In this document: positions 37,673 through 51,099 of the stretch, in pieces
How positions within the stretch are numbered: position 1 is the stretch's first letter
Layout of the letters: each line of letters begins with the position of its first letter
Source of the DNA: Ophelia neglecta
Lineage: Eukaryota
Direction of reading: 5' to 3'
DNA: 64,000 nt
Assembly: GCA_965285935.1 (NCBI GenBank)
Contig: OZ260662.1
Coordinates: 2,108,001-2,172,000, forward strand
Notes under the pieces: generated by a model
Seen by the model: the letters and a program-made list of their open reading frames with translations, nothing else
Databases searched by the model: none
Told to the model about the DNA's origin: nothing
Program-made: the position numbers and the translations under genes

Positions 37673-39802
37673 ACTTCTGGCTCAGTTGAAATGCACAAAA
37701 AAGACTGCTGTGAGTGTTCAGATGAATTTCTCACAGTCCACTTTATTTAGTATCGATTGTACTGTTTCTTTCAACTCGACCAAGGCGTGTTGTTGTATGA
37801 CCTCGCTGCTTCCTCCTTAGATTATGTGTACGTTGCAAGGCCATGTTTGTACCTACGGGCGTGCCTCTAAATATAATGTGATGCATTAAAAACAAAGAAT
37901 TAATTTTATTAGAAAATTACAATTTATTCATTTTCACAGAAAGTTTACATGAATTCTGGATAACAATCAAGGGTAGCTGTAGCAATGAAATACTTTGACA
38001 TAAATCGCCATTTCAAATATATATTTATTTCACATGCTGTTGATTTGAGACATCTGTCAAATACTCAAACTACGCATGCCATTAAAACTTACAGCCTAGT
38101 TATATTATAAAGCTTTTCCTTTAAAAAACAAATATTTAATCACTCATCAGCCATATATACTGTTATGAATTATAGTTGATGCAATTATTCACAGTTAATC
38201 ATAGTCGCAATAAAGTGGTATGCTTAAAGTGGTATGCTGATAATCAGGCAAATATAATTGTATACAATTAAATCAGGTGACAATTTGATATAATTTACGA
38301 ATGGAGCATAACTGAACACCGGCACGCCAGTCCGTACGATTTATACGGAATGAACAACCGCTTTATTATATGTATGTGTATTAAGCGAGATTCTCAGGCG
38401 TGACAACACTTAATTGTATAAAAGCTACTATGATAACGCCAGCAGTTAAGTACATATTATTTCTGTCTTTTCTACTTCTGAGTTTAAAACATACAGCCAC
38501 ACGTTTTTGAGCTTTTGGTTGCAAAATCACAAAAGACGTTGTAGCAAATTTTAATATCAATATAAATTGGTTAGACACAAACAAATCAAATGCTTCATTA
38601 AAAACAACCCAGGGTATTTTCTTTTAAACAATATAATATGGAACAATGCATCAATCAATCAACTGGTCCTATATACACACACATGCTTACACTGCAATAA
38701 GAAAACTGCACGTTACAAATATGCTCAGAAAAAATTCTTTTATAAAGGCATTTGTCATTGTTTGTACAAAAAAATAAGTAAAACATTGATAAGGTGTGTG
38801 ATTTAGAAATAACCACGAATTACGCCATAATTTTACTGTATGCACTAAAATAAAGTGTATGGAATACGTTATTTGATGAAAGTCTGAAAATGAACTCTAT
38901 TCTCTTTTTTATCTTTATGCTACTAGAGTAGTATATAATCCCTATGGAGGGGCCTATTGATGACGGGTCCTTCTGCTGACAGACAATAAGTATAGTTTGG
39001 TTTTGGTCTTATCATGGGAAAGGCCATCAATCGGTCTGACAGTTACCAACAACATGGAAACTATAGAAAAACAACATGGCTTCATCAGCAGGTTATACAT
39101 ATAAACAGATTGATTTTGTACTGTTCACTTGAGGAAATCAATACTCGTGACTCAGGTCCAATATCCCAGGCCAACAACATATGTATACGTGGAGCTATAA
39201 TGCCATTTGAGTAAAATAGCCTTCATTGAGTGAGCAGCGCTTGCGGCGTTCAGTATTTGATGTTTTGGCATTAGCAATAAATGAAAAACAGAAATATTGC
39301 GTTTCTTACTGAATTTTACCATCTTTTTGTACTGCACTATTGAAAGAATATAATATGACTCCCATTACTATACCTCAGTTTATATTTATTCAGATATTAT
39401 TATATAAATAATGATATCTGATAAATAAATATCAATGTGATTAAGTGGGCAATCGTACAGATTGAATATCTTTACAATGACAAATGATAAGGTTAATGAT
39501 AACATATTTATACCTTAGATATTAAGGAAAATAAATGTTGAATAATATTTACATTCCAGAAAAATTTAACGAATAACACCAATTTTACTTGATTTGTTAA
39601 ATACTTCAATTCTTGATATCCTAAACAATATGTACGAATGGTTTCTTACTGGTATCATTATTTCAGCTATAACTTTGATTCAAAAAATATTTTGGAAAGT
39701 GACAGAAGACAGATGATTCATTCCTATACGAATGTTTTTAGTACCATTCAAGTGAGATGTAGTGACCAAAGAGAGATTACCAGATAAAAGATTAGCGCCG
39801 GT

Positions 39803-39914
39803 CTAATGTGATGAAGATTCCTGGAACATTATTCTTTCTCCAAATTCCAACTTCAGTTCATGCTGCAAATCCATACTTATAGAGTTTTTTAGAATAGCGA
39901 ATGGATTTCCTAGC
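39803..39914 (-). CDS. Predicted terminal coding exon of the LRR host gene ((W)LGNPFAILKNSISMDLQHELKLEFGERIMFQESSSH*)
   Basis: Acceptor tgttacAG, phase-2 compatible with the 40452 exon, open to TAG at 39805-39803. Resembles an LRR C-terminal cap. Confidence 0.65.
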
Positions 39915-40451
39915 CTGTAACATCAATGTGGAGATATTAAGCACATGTAATAGCATAACTATGACACCATTGACATGGTAAGCTATCTGGGCGCTATGGC
40001 TTTACCACCGCAAATACAATGGGATTCTTGTGTTAAGAGCACACAGCTGAGCAAAAATGATTGTTTAATTGTTTTCAATACAATACATATAAATTTGTAA
40101 ATGATAAAAATTGGGATCATAAGATTGGTATCAATAAGAACTCAGAGTTTCAAATAATTAATTAAATAAACAACCATAAACAGTAATGATAACCAATGAT
40201 GTTATATAATGAACATGAATACGTGTGAATAATATCTATACACACGATGTGTTATTATTTGGAGTTTGTGCAGAAACTATTCATATTTTTTTTTTCTGTA
40301 TAAATTTACAAAACATACTCCAGGCCTTCGACCCTTGTAAAGTTAATATATATACGGGTCCAATATATTCTTCAAACAGACGACAGTAATCTAGCCTGCA
40401 GAGTAAAGCTAAATAAGATACACCTCAATACAAAAACAGCCTACAACTTAC

Positions 40452-40532
40452 CATAACGTGTCCCTTGTGTTTAGCCGTAAGGCCTCGGCCAGGTACATGA
40501 CACCCTCATCGTCTATTTCAGCATTGTTGAGC
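40452..40532 (-). CDS. LRR exon (81 nt): LNNAEIDDEGVMYLAEALRLNTRDTLW
   Basis: Acceptor catttcaAG, donor GTAAGT, phase 2-2. Fits the RI/NLRC3-type LRR consensus LxxNxIxDEGxxxLAEALxxN. Confidence 0.85.
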
Positions 40533-41254
40533 CTTGAAATGTAGAACATTCAATGACTTGTGGTTATTAGTCAAGACGTGTCAGTATGCGTGGTGATAGT
40601 ATCTTATTATAATCACATTTGATTCAGTGACCTTGAACAACAAACATAGAATGTTTATTTTATAAAGTATCTCATTATAAATAAAGTCTGTGCAAACAGT
40701 TCCAACACATACCCCAGGCATTGCCCGATGGCCATGCTTATAGACGTATAAAATACTATAAAACAGTGTGAATTTCTTAATGAATACACTTGGTGTGCCC
40801 CATCAGACACTACACAAAAGTAATCGTCGTTCGCCTTTTATTTATTAACACTTAATCGAGGTTTAAGCAAACATCTAGGTCAGCCAAGGACGACACTCCT
40901 TGTGTATTTTTTATATTGGCATATATATTATATATATTGCCATATATATTAAATCACATATTTTATGAGGATATTTGTCATCACTAAACATAAAAGAGAC
41001 ATTGTACATACATCTCAATCTATTTTGACCTTGAAAATAAGGGCAATATTACAGTCCCGGTAAGTAGGCGATACATTGTGTATGCCTTACTACTGGCAAT
41101 CCATATGTTAATATATATTTTTCACTCTCTGGTCACCACAAGATATTCATATATTATGTTAATATTTTTAAGTGACTGATAAGCACAGGTTTGTCATGGT
41201 CTTATGTTGTACTGCTTGTACATGATATTTACCCTACCCATCGAGTTCCGGTGT

Positions 41255-41530
41255 CTGGTGGTAGTTATCTTACTACAGCTGGGCTGGGAATGGAGAACAC
41301 AAGGTGTCTGCAGGTTATTATTTACTATAACCCGGGATAGGAATGGAGAACACAAGGTGTCTGCCGGTTATTATTTACTATAACCCGGGATAGGAATGGA
41401 GAACACAAGGTGTCTGGCGGTTATTATCTTATTAGAACCTGGGCTGGGTATGGAAACACAAGGGCGGGTTGTTATTATCTTCCTATAACTGGGGCTGGGA
41501 ATGGAGAACACAAAGTTTCTGGTGGTTATT
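41255..41530 (+). repeat. ~54-bp minisatellite, ~5 copies (GGAATGGAGAACACAAGGTGTCTG..GGTTATTAT...)
   Basis: Tandem degenerate units. Confidence 0.8.
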
Positions 41531-41968
41531 ACTAGATATCACTAAATGGACGATAGTTACCCGTGAACGGGAACTCCGTTATAACTGAAGGTCTTTACAA
41601 CAGAGTATGCGTTTAAGCCGGCTGTGTCATGGCCAGTTTGGTCAGCGCACCTTATGAGACCGTCAGAACAGGCTGTTTTAATAACTGGTTTGGCAGGTGT
41701 CTGTCTCACCGCTTCAAGCCTTTCTAGCCTTTCAGTGCCCAGATTCGCTTATTATTCTACCAGTCAGCAGAATATCTGGGCAGTCTACCAGTCAAGGTAA
41801 ACTAATATCGCTGATCGAATAACGCCTAAGACAAATCATTTATAACATCATAGTCAAATAGTCGTATTGGAGTAGGAAGGAACAGTTGACCACCCCACAC
41901 CCAGCTTTACTGCAGAAATAAACTTTCGTCGACATTTAGTGTTTATGACACAATCTCAGCTTATTTAG

Positions 41969-44900
41969 TGTTGTGTCCCGCTATTAAAAGGAGAAGGGGA
42001 TGGCCTAGATGATTCACTAGAACACGAGACTGAGTAAACACGAGTTTTATTCATGGCACCGGAAGCACTGGTAGCACTGGTACATTTACATTCGCTAGGT
42101 GACAGCACTAGACTGACCACCACCACATCTCCCCAACTTAGTAAGGAACTACAGTTCCTGTAAATAAAACAGGCTATCTTAATTTCTTTTTTTTTCTTTT
42201 TTTTTTTAAGAATACAATCTTTCACACATACAATCAAATGATCAAATAAACTGTAATACCTTAACAATACTGTTGTTGTTGTTGTTATTAAACTAGCAAA
42301 AAAAACTGTATGTGTCACTTGAAACAATGATGTGTATGGTATGATGAGTTACATTTTAATGCAATATCTTGCCATATACTAGTAATCAAAAACTTCAAAC
42401 TACTTAATACTAGACTGTTAAGCAGTTAAGCTAATTCTCCAAACTTGCAGTCCTACTAAATTTAACCTTTAATACAACAAACAAAATCTTTAGTCCAAGC
42501 AGGTTTTTCCCTGACTCTGCAGGACCTTCTTAATTCAACTTCAGGAGTATTGGCTGCTAACTCATTGGTACTGTTTTCTACACAGGGGGAGGCATTACTT
42601 GTGTGTACATTAGTCTCTGCACTAACAATGGGGGAACTGGGTTCTCCCAAATTAACTGGGACCTGGGCCTCATCTGGAGTGACAGGGCTAGAACACTCCA
42701 GCTGCTCATCCTGGCTGTGATCTTTTTACATGCTCAGTTGACCTAAATTTTCTAGTACCATTTGAGTCTTCTAAAACTACACCACCATTTTCCAGTTTGA
42801 CAACTTTGTAGGGTTCTGATTCATATTGCTTGGTCTTTAGTTTACATGAAGTATCACGCTCCCTGAGCTTACTTTGCCAGTCAATTTCAGTAAATTTAGT
42901 ACTACCAATTTGTAATTTAGGCAACTTGTCCCTGAGCTCTCTACCCATCAATGCTTGAGCAGGCGAAACACTTGTAACAGTGTGGGGAGTGTTTCTATAC
43001 TGAAATAAGAAATTTTCTACCTCCCTTTTCCAATCTTTCTTTTCAACTTTGGCAATTCTAATTATTTTCAACAAAGTTTCATTAAACCTCTCCACACACC
43101 CATTGCTTTGTGGCCAATATGGGATGCTACACTTGTGCTGTATCCCCAAGTATTCTAGAAAAGCTTCAAATTTTTCTGAATTGAAAGGGGGGCCGTTGTC
43201 ACTTCTAACAGTGAATGGAATACCATGTGTTTGAAATACAGTCTCCAGACATCTATTCACATGTTCAGCATCGGTTTTTCTAAGCAATATCACTTCAGGC
43301 CAACGTGAATAATAATCAGTGATCACTAATAAATGTTGACCACCAGAGACTTCAAGCAAATCTGTGGCTATGTCACACCATGGACCCTCAGGTAAAACAG
43401 TAGACGTCAAAGGCTCAGGTACAGGTCTTGCACCAACTAACTGGCACGGGTAACAGCTCTGATTCAGTTTCTCAGTTTCTCGATCCATACTGGGCCACCA
43501 AACTTTACCCCTAAGGCGGGACTTTGTCCTCACAATTCCTTGATGACCCTCATGAGCCAGCTTAAGTACATGTGACTGCAAGCTCTGGGGGATAACCAGC
43601 CTATTGCCCCGTAAAACGATATGTCCATACAGCCACAGCTCATCTTTAAGAAACCAGAATGGAGTACTTTTTAGAGTAGCCCAATTACCAGACAATATGC
43701 ACTTTTCAACTTTCTGCAAGACAGGGTCTTTTGCAGTTTCTGTTTCTATTAATTTGGGTGAAAGTGCTGATGGGACAGTCTCTATAACAGTACTGTAAGC
43801 AAAATCTTCAGTATTCTGACACTTGTCAGGGTCTTTGCTATCAATTGGTAGTCTACTCAGTATGTCAGCATAATTTGATGTGCCACTGATATGTACAATT
43901 GTATAGCCAAAATCCTGTAAAAACAGTAGCCAGCGCTCTACCCTAGCCGATGGTGGCTTTGAATTTGGGCTCAGCACCTTTAACAGTGGCTTATGATCAG
44001 TTCAGATCTGGAAGTTTGTTCCTATCAGGTATAGTCTAAATTTATCACATGCCCACTTCACTGCCAAACATTCCCGCTCAAATTGTGAATATCTTTGTTC
44101 TGTGGGGGTTAATTTGCGACTGGCATAGTGAACAGGTCTGTATTGGCCATCTTCTTGTAATTGTTCTAATATTGCACCAACACCCACAGGGGAACCATCT
44201 GTGGTCACCCTAGTTTTTGCATCAGGCCTATAGTAGGCCATGACAGGAGCGGTTGTCAACTTTTCTTTGAGCTCACAAAATGCTTCCTCATGTTCAGAGG
44301 TCCATTTCCAATCTACTGAAGCTCCTGTCAGATTCCACAGTGAGCTGGTTATGATTGCAAAATTCTCAACAAATTTTGAGCAAAATTGTGCTAAACCCAA
44401 AAAACTGCGCAATTCAGCTTTGCATGTTGGCCTTGGAGCCTCTGTGACAGCCTTAATTTTACTTTCGGAAATTTGTACCCCTTGTGCTGTCATAACATGA
44501 CCCATGAAAACCATCTTGTCTCCAATTTCACACTTGGAATAATTCAGGGTCAACCCATGTTCTTTGAGACGGAGTACTACTATCTCAACTCTCTCATACA
44601 ACTGCTTATAGTTTTCTGCTACTACTCGTATGTCGTCATGGATGTTGTGCACGCCAGGACACCCCTTTAATATCTGACTTATAATATTTTGAAACTTTTC
44701 TGTTGCCATGTTTACACCAAACACCAGCCTTTTGTAGCGATACAATGAATCTGGACCTGCAAATGTTGTGATGTCCCTACTACTTTCATCTAGCTCTATT
44801 TGGTGAAAAGCCATACTCATGTCTAGTTTACAGAATACCTTTGCACCACTTATTTCCTGCAAAGTTTCATCTAAGGTTGGAACGGGATGTTTCTCCCTTA

Positions 44901-46830
44901 CAATAGCTCTGTTTGCTTGGCGCATGTCTAGACATAACCTGATGTCACCAGAAGGCTTCTCTACAGTTACCAAAGGATTAACCCATGAAGTTGGGCCAGT
45001 GACTTTCTCAATTACATCAAGTTTTTCAAGTTCGGCTAGTTTTTTACGAACTTGTGCCCTCCTGTTAAACGGAATACGCCTGTGCTGTGATACTGGCTCT
45101 ACATTGTGATCTATGTGTAGCTTTAGCTTGTAATTCTTTAGCTTACCTACACTCTCAAATACACTAGGGTATTTCTCCCTCATACCCTCCAAAATTTTGG
45201 TACCTTGTACATTTTTCTCAGACATACATGCGTTTACCTCAAACCCAACACGCAGCATGGTCAACTCTTCAGAGGTTTTAAGCCCCAACAATGTAGGCTT
45301 GTTACCTGGTACAACAATAAAATCAGCAATACAACATTCATTACCAGCTTCCACATTCAGTGCACACCTGCCCAATACATCTAATGGCTGCTTGGAGCCA
45401 TATGTGAACACCCTGCTATCGCAGTTTCTTAACCTTACATTATCATCAGCCAACATGTTAAAAGTTGATTCTGAGATTATATTGCAAGTGGCACCAGAGT
45501 CTATTATTACAGGTGTGTCTGTATATTGGATACTAATATTGAAAGTATCTTTGTTCCTTGAATCAGAAGATGTTCTGAAAGCAAAATAGTCAAATGCTGA
45601 ATTAACAGTTTCTTTCTCAACAGTCTCTTGGTTATCAGAATTGTCTTCTTTCACCTGTCGGACATTTTGTCGACCACCACGAATGCCTGAGCCACGTCCT
45701 CTGAAATTCCCGGAATTTCTCTCTCCGGACCTACTAGTTGCAGCCCCTCTGCCGCGATGACTGCTCCTGCTGCCACGATGACCAAATTGTGACTGTCCTC
45801 TGTTGCCGTATGCTCTCCCACGACCTGGCCTTCCTGTACCGGGACTACCCTGGTTTGTCGGCGGAGGGTGATCACCTTCACGTGGGCTGTTGCGACTGCT
45901 ACTGTTGCAGTCACGGGCTTTGTGCCCCACCTTCGAGCATTTCCAGCAACGAAATGGAAAATAGCTGTTAGATTTTATGAAGTTTGCACTTTGAGTGTTC
46001 TCTGACTTTTCTCCATTTCCATCACAGAGAATAAGGGCACTCCTGTCACTAAAAGAACGTATTATTTCTATTGTCTTTTCTAGTGTGAGGGTCTCTTCCT
46101 GGTATAGTTTACTCTTCAGGGACTTGTTGGTTATGAACAACAATAAACGGTCCCTTACATGGTTGTTGGATTCCTCACCATATTCACAGTCCTTTGCCAA
46201 CGCCTTCAGTCGAGTAATGAAACTGTCTATTGTTTCTCCTGTTTTTGGTGAACATGTAATAAAGTTCTGACGCACTAGAGGTGTATTCTTTTTTAGTTTG
46301 AAATGTCCATCCAAACAATCGGTGAGCTTCTTGTATTCGCCATCATTTCCCCTCTCGACTTCCGTTTTTGTGTAGTAGATGTCTCTAATACCTTCACCGG
46401 CCATGTGTAACAATAACGCACGCTTCTGTGTATCATTCGAAACACCAGAAGCCGTGCAAAACAGATTAAAGTCATGTAACCACCGGTCCCAGCGAGTTTT
46501 CAAGGACTCCGGTGAACCAATACAGTCAAATGGCTGCAGGGCCGGCAAGCCGCTCAACGTTACAGCAGAGGCCATTTCGCCGTTCAATTTTTGCTTCAGA
46601 ACAGGCACTATTCACTTAATGTTTGCTTCAGAACAGACACTACTCACTTAATTTTGATCCTCGTCGCCATTTGTTGTGTCCCGCTATTAAAAGGAGAAGG
46701 GGATGGCCTAGATGATTCACTAGAACACGAGACTGAGTAAACACGAGTTTTATTCATGGCACCGGAAGCACTGGTAGCACTGGTACATTTACATTCGCTA
46801 GGTGACAGCACTAGACTGACCACCACCACA
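41969..46830 (-). mobile_element. Gypsy LTR retrotransposon, Mag-like, inside an intron of the LRR gene
   Basis: 159-bp LTRs at 41969-42127 and 46672-46830 appear identical. 5-bp TSD TTTAG. PBS TGGCGACGAGGAT is complementary to the tRNA-Ser(GCU) 3' end. PPT aagttggggaga. Single gag-pol frame. Confidence 0.97.
42706..46608 (-). pseudogene. gag-pol: Mag-like gag-pol polyprotein interrupted by one in-frame TGA (44004-44002)
   Basis: CCHC (CWKCSKVGHKARDC), protease IIDSGA, RT (LCLDMR, IHDD), RNase H (TDGS, FQI*TDHKPL), integrase (HEGHQG, SDNGPPF, SNGCVER). Confidence 0.93.
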
Positions 46831-47699
46831 TTTAGAAAAAGCATGCTCACTCTTAAAAATTCCGAAGGCGTGCCCCCTATGCTTTGAAGAAAAGGAAGTG
46901 TGGTCGAAATTGAGTGGAATTACTGCAAAAAAGCTGGGCAGTGTGGCCTTGACTGATGTTTACAATGCGCACATATGTTTCAGAGTACTACAGCTGAGGT
47001 TGCTAATATTAGATCAGAGACTGTGTGCACCAAAAGCAGCCTCATGAAATGCTGGAATTGGTGCAAAATTATATCATTTGTACAATATGTTAGTGCATTG
47101 ATAACTGTATCATCCACCCCCCCCACCCCCCTCCATACGAAAAACTGCTAGTTTCAAACAGGCGTGTAAATTTTACATACCAGTCATATATGTTATATTA
47201 TGTTAGAAAGAACTGTGATTGGTTTAAGGATGTAGACTTACTTGCATTAAAGTTCAAGGGGCCATACAAATTTACAAAAGTTAGATAATCAATAGACTTT
47301 TCCACCCTAGAGAATATACGCGGTTCATTCAGTTCCATTTCATTAATACTCCTTCGCTTATATTAAAGGCGCAAATATTGATGTTAACCAAATAAATGCA
47401 TGTGACAGTGTATGACTACAGTGTTGAAACAACACTTCTAAGAAGAAAATTTGAGTTATAAATCCCGAAGAGGCGCGTATAAGCAGGCGAAAGTGCCATT
47501 GACATACATTTATACACGCACTAGTTAACTTTGACATTACTGTTATACAATTGTCATTGATGTCTGTGTTGACGTTAAATAAATCTGACCATTTATTGTG
47601 GTATGGGTTTCTACGCAATTTTTCTGAACACTGTAGATAGAAATGTCAGGTCCTATACATTTACAATTATATGTAAAAAAAATACACTCGATAACTTAC

Positions 47700-47783
47700 T
47701 CTAGCTTCTCCAGTACAATATTCTTTTGGAGAGCCTGAGCCAGGTGCCTGGCTCCCTCGTCACCAATATCACATCCATTCAAC
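47700..47783 (-). pseudogene. LRR exon (84 nt) with mutated acceptor: LNGCDIGDEGARHLAQALQKNIVLEKLE
   Basis: Perfect 28-aa LRR and GTAAGT donor, but the acceptor reads ataccGG instead of AG. Confidence 0.8.
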
Positions 47784-48009
47784 CCGGTATAATGGAATAA
47801 TACAATAATCCAAGGATGGGATTGTTGTAGTAGTTTTTACATGCATCTTACGTCAACTCTTTTTAATATTGATTAATCTGTTAACAATTGCTATATTATA
47901 TTCTAACGATCAAATGGTTTATTCTTGGAAACTGGGTTTGGCAATTGCCATGTAGCCTTGGTTTATAACTAGAAGTTAAATACACAGAGTTAAATAATGC
48001 GGTTTTTAC

Positions 48010-48122
48010 CACCCAAACGATCTTCGTCAATATCAATCTGAGTAGTGTTTAAATATTTGTTGATATGGGGGGCTTCCGCAATACATCTAGCACCCTCATC
48101 ACTGATAGTACGGTACCATAAA
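48010..48122 (-). pseudogene. Decayed LRR exon: LWYRTISDEGARCIAEAPHINKYL...
   Basis: LRR consensus is recognisable. The acceptor reads tttccAA, and the available GT donors are out of phase. Confidence 0.65.
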
Positions 48123-49479
48123 TTGGAAATATAAATATTCATAAAACAGAAGGTTATTTCAGTTATTCAGAAATTTTGTCTAAAAGAAAAGTCTATTAAT
48201 TATAGTACTTTTGTAATGGAACTTAATGGCGTGGGGTTCAATGCCTTATTTTATTTGCGGACCCCACGCCTTTTTACATCACCTAATAAGAGGCTGGACA
48301 AGATGAACACAGTTTTTAGGGCCAGGACAACCAAGCCGGCAGAATCGAGATTCTTCCCTCCCAGTCTCCCGTCCTCATTCCAACCCTCATTAACTATGTT
48401 AGCTTATTATTGGGATGTGCTACCTGTAAATATATGCTATAAAAAGTAGTGTTGTTAGTCGCCGGACCGCTTAGTATGCACTTATCATAAATAAGCACTA
48501 CCTGTAGTCTCTTAACCAACTTTGGTTTATGGCCTGCTTCCCCGAAAATGAGCATCCCGGTAGCACCATTTCTTTAAATATTATATCATAATTTTCGAGC
48601 AGCACAAGATTATATATGATATCACAATCTGTTGAATTACTCAGAGTAGATTTTATAAGTGCAATATTGCTGTGATTATATTGTCACTACTGTATGTGTT
48701 ATCGTGACTTTACCGGAACTTAATATATTGGATAGGATTTTTATTATCTTGTTTATCTGAGAGAGCTTAGTCCATCATATTCTCTCCTATGGCTTTGTTA
48801 TCTTTATACAACGTTGACCATTGATTAAATTTTGTTATACTGTGTCTGCTTAGTGTCCACTCGCGTTTACTGCTAGTAGAACGGACACCCCACACGCACG
48901 GCTTTGTCAGTTGACAAGACTCCTGCCACACAGGCTGGATGCCAAGTCAACTTATGGGTAAGAAACCAACCATAGTATGTTTATTGATAAGGCTGTTGTT
49001 CTGCACATATGTGTATAGCGAGTCAAACGTATGACTTTCTAGAAACTTACCCATGCTTTGCAGTCCCGAAAGTGAAATTGTATTGCTAGCCACGGTACTA
49101 TAACCTGATTTAAATATTATAGCCATTTTTGCAACGTTCCAGATATATAATTCCCCCTTAAAAAAGATAAGTTGCAAACGCGAGTTGAATGGTAGCATCA
49201 ATAGGTGGGGCACATGCCTATATGGGCTATGTAGACCTGATTCAATTTCAATTTTTCAATTTCAATTTAATTGCCAAACAAGATGTAAACGGTACCTAAT
49301 ATGAATTATAAATTTTCAATAATAAAAAAGCACTCGTAAAGGAAGGAAATCCTAATAGTTTTTTAGCCATGGATGGAGAAGCCACTGGCTTATTGGTCCC
49401 TAATTGTAGTACCAAGAAATTACTAAATTATACTTAGTAATGATTGAATATTACAAAAAAAAAACGAACGGAAAGCTTG

Positions 49480-50170
49480 GGATTGATATCTGTAAGTGGG
49501 AGACGGTTCAGCTTGGTAGTGATATGTATGGGTCCGCGGGGGACGGTTAAGCTTGGTATTGATATGTATGGGTCCGCGGGGGGACGGTTCAACTTGGTAT
49601 TGATATTGATAATTTAATTGTGCCTAAAGCAAATTCCAACTCAGGTCTAAACACCTTTGCATGTACAGGGGCAAGGCTATGGAATGCCTTGCCTAATCAT
49701 CTCAAGTGCTTATCTAGTTAGGAGATGTTTAAGTCTGCCTGCAAACAATTTTTTGGAACATATTGTAATTTCTAGTCTGGCATTTTTTTCCATATAAGGC
49801 TATAAATGTTACCAAATGGATATGTGTCGCTTGCTGCTATTATTTTGTGGTGCTATGTATTGTCGTCCACTCTCTATGTGATGGTGCCATATATTTATTG
49901 TCTGCTGTGATATACATTGTATTTTGTACACCGTCTATTTACTTTTTATTGAATAAAATCAAATCAAATCAAAGCAATCATGGCTCCGCCGGGGACGGTT
50001 TAGCTTTGGATTGATATGTGAGGTCGGCATGTGAAGGTTCGACTTGGGATTGCTATCTGTGGGTACCCAGGAAAAGGTTCTGCTTGGTATTGGTATCTGT
50101 GGTCCCATGGAGACTGTTTGGGATTCGTAGTGATATCTGTGGTCAGCAGGAGACGGTTCAGGATTCCCGC
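49480..50170 (+). repeat. ~39-bp degenerate minisatellite (GGGGACGGTTCAGCTTGGTATTGATATGTATGGGTCCGC) interrupted by a LINE 3' end
   Basis: Units are present on both sides of 49610-49975. Confidence 0.75.
49610..49975 (+). mobile_element. 5'-truncated CR1/L2-group LINE 3' end
   Basis: Translates VPKANSNSGLNTFACTGARLWNALPNHLK, followed by a 3' UTR, AATAAA and an (AAATC)n tail. Confidence 0.8.
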
Positions 50171-50368
50171 AGAAACAATTTCATTGTACTGCTTTTGCTA
50201 TCGATGTTTAATAGATCGGGTAGTCATTTATCAATTAAAATCTACATTAACCAGCAAACTCGTAAATACAGACTAAAGGCACATTGTCCCGGGATGGGTA
50301 ACATATTTATAATAATGACTGAAAGAGGAAATTTTCAAATCAAAAAAAAAAAAAAAATTGTTACTTAC

Positions 50369-50452
50369 TTTAATGTTGTAATCGATTGCTTGACTTTGAT
50401 GCCATCTGCAATGTGTTTGGCTCCCTTAGCACCGATGGCATTAAATGTCAGT
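50369..50452 (-). CDS. LRR exon (84 nt): LTFNAIGAKGAKHIADGIKVKQSITTLK
   Basis: Acceptor cttttccAG, donor GTAAGT, phase 2-2, NLRC3-type 28-aa LRR. Confidence 0.9.
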
Positions 50453-51099
50453 CTGGAAAAGATCAATAAAGATAAATCCAGGTGTTTAGCCATTTTATGT
50501 CAATGAATGTTGTCAATTATTATAATCTTATTCATCAGATTTGCTTTGATATCATAAAGCAACAGTTAGCAATGATAAGCGTAACGGTGGTGTCTAGTTG
50601 CCTAGTAACCTATTTGTTTTACACACTCAGAACGGAATAGCACAATAATGGGCAAGTAGGATGGTCTGCCATGACATGTATGTTTACACGGATCGTACAT
50701 CAAACCCAATTCAAAGATAATGTTCTATCCGCAATGCTCTATCACATGTGTAGGACAACCTGATCATGTTAAACCAAATTATACGTGCATTGGGCCATGG
50801 ATGATTTGAGGCGAGTCAATGGTCGACTGGCGCGAGATGAACCCCTTGTAAAACGAGGCAGATGGTCTCCACCTTACTCAGAGTCTAATAACCAAGATTA
50901 GACGAATAAAGAGGCACACGTAGAATACCTATTTGACAGTTGAAACTCAACTCCCATGCCTCAAGCAACAAAAAGGGACCGAAGTGACATAGAGAAGGTG
51001 TAGTTCTGATTGATATATTTGACCAAAGGGAATCATCCGAGTAAATAGGTGAGGAAGTGGCAGGAATGATGGCAAACAAACAAAGCTAACTCAAGGTAA

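Noticed and set aside
36888-37820. 310-aa (MIQTARC)n ORF and overlapping YDTDSQV/VSYTWLS ORFs
   Set aside because: By-product of a 21-bp (multiple of 3) minisatellite that is open in several frames on both strands. No evidence of a gene.
50018-50506. 162-aa plus-strand ORF
   Set aside because: It runs through a minisatellite, a poly-A tract and the antisense of the real LRR exon.
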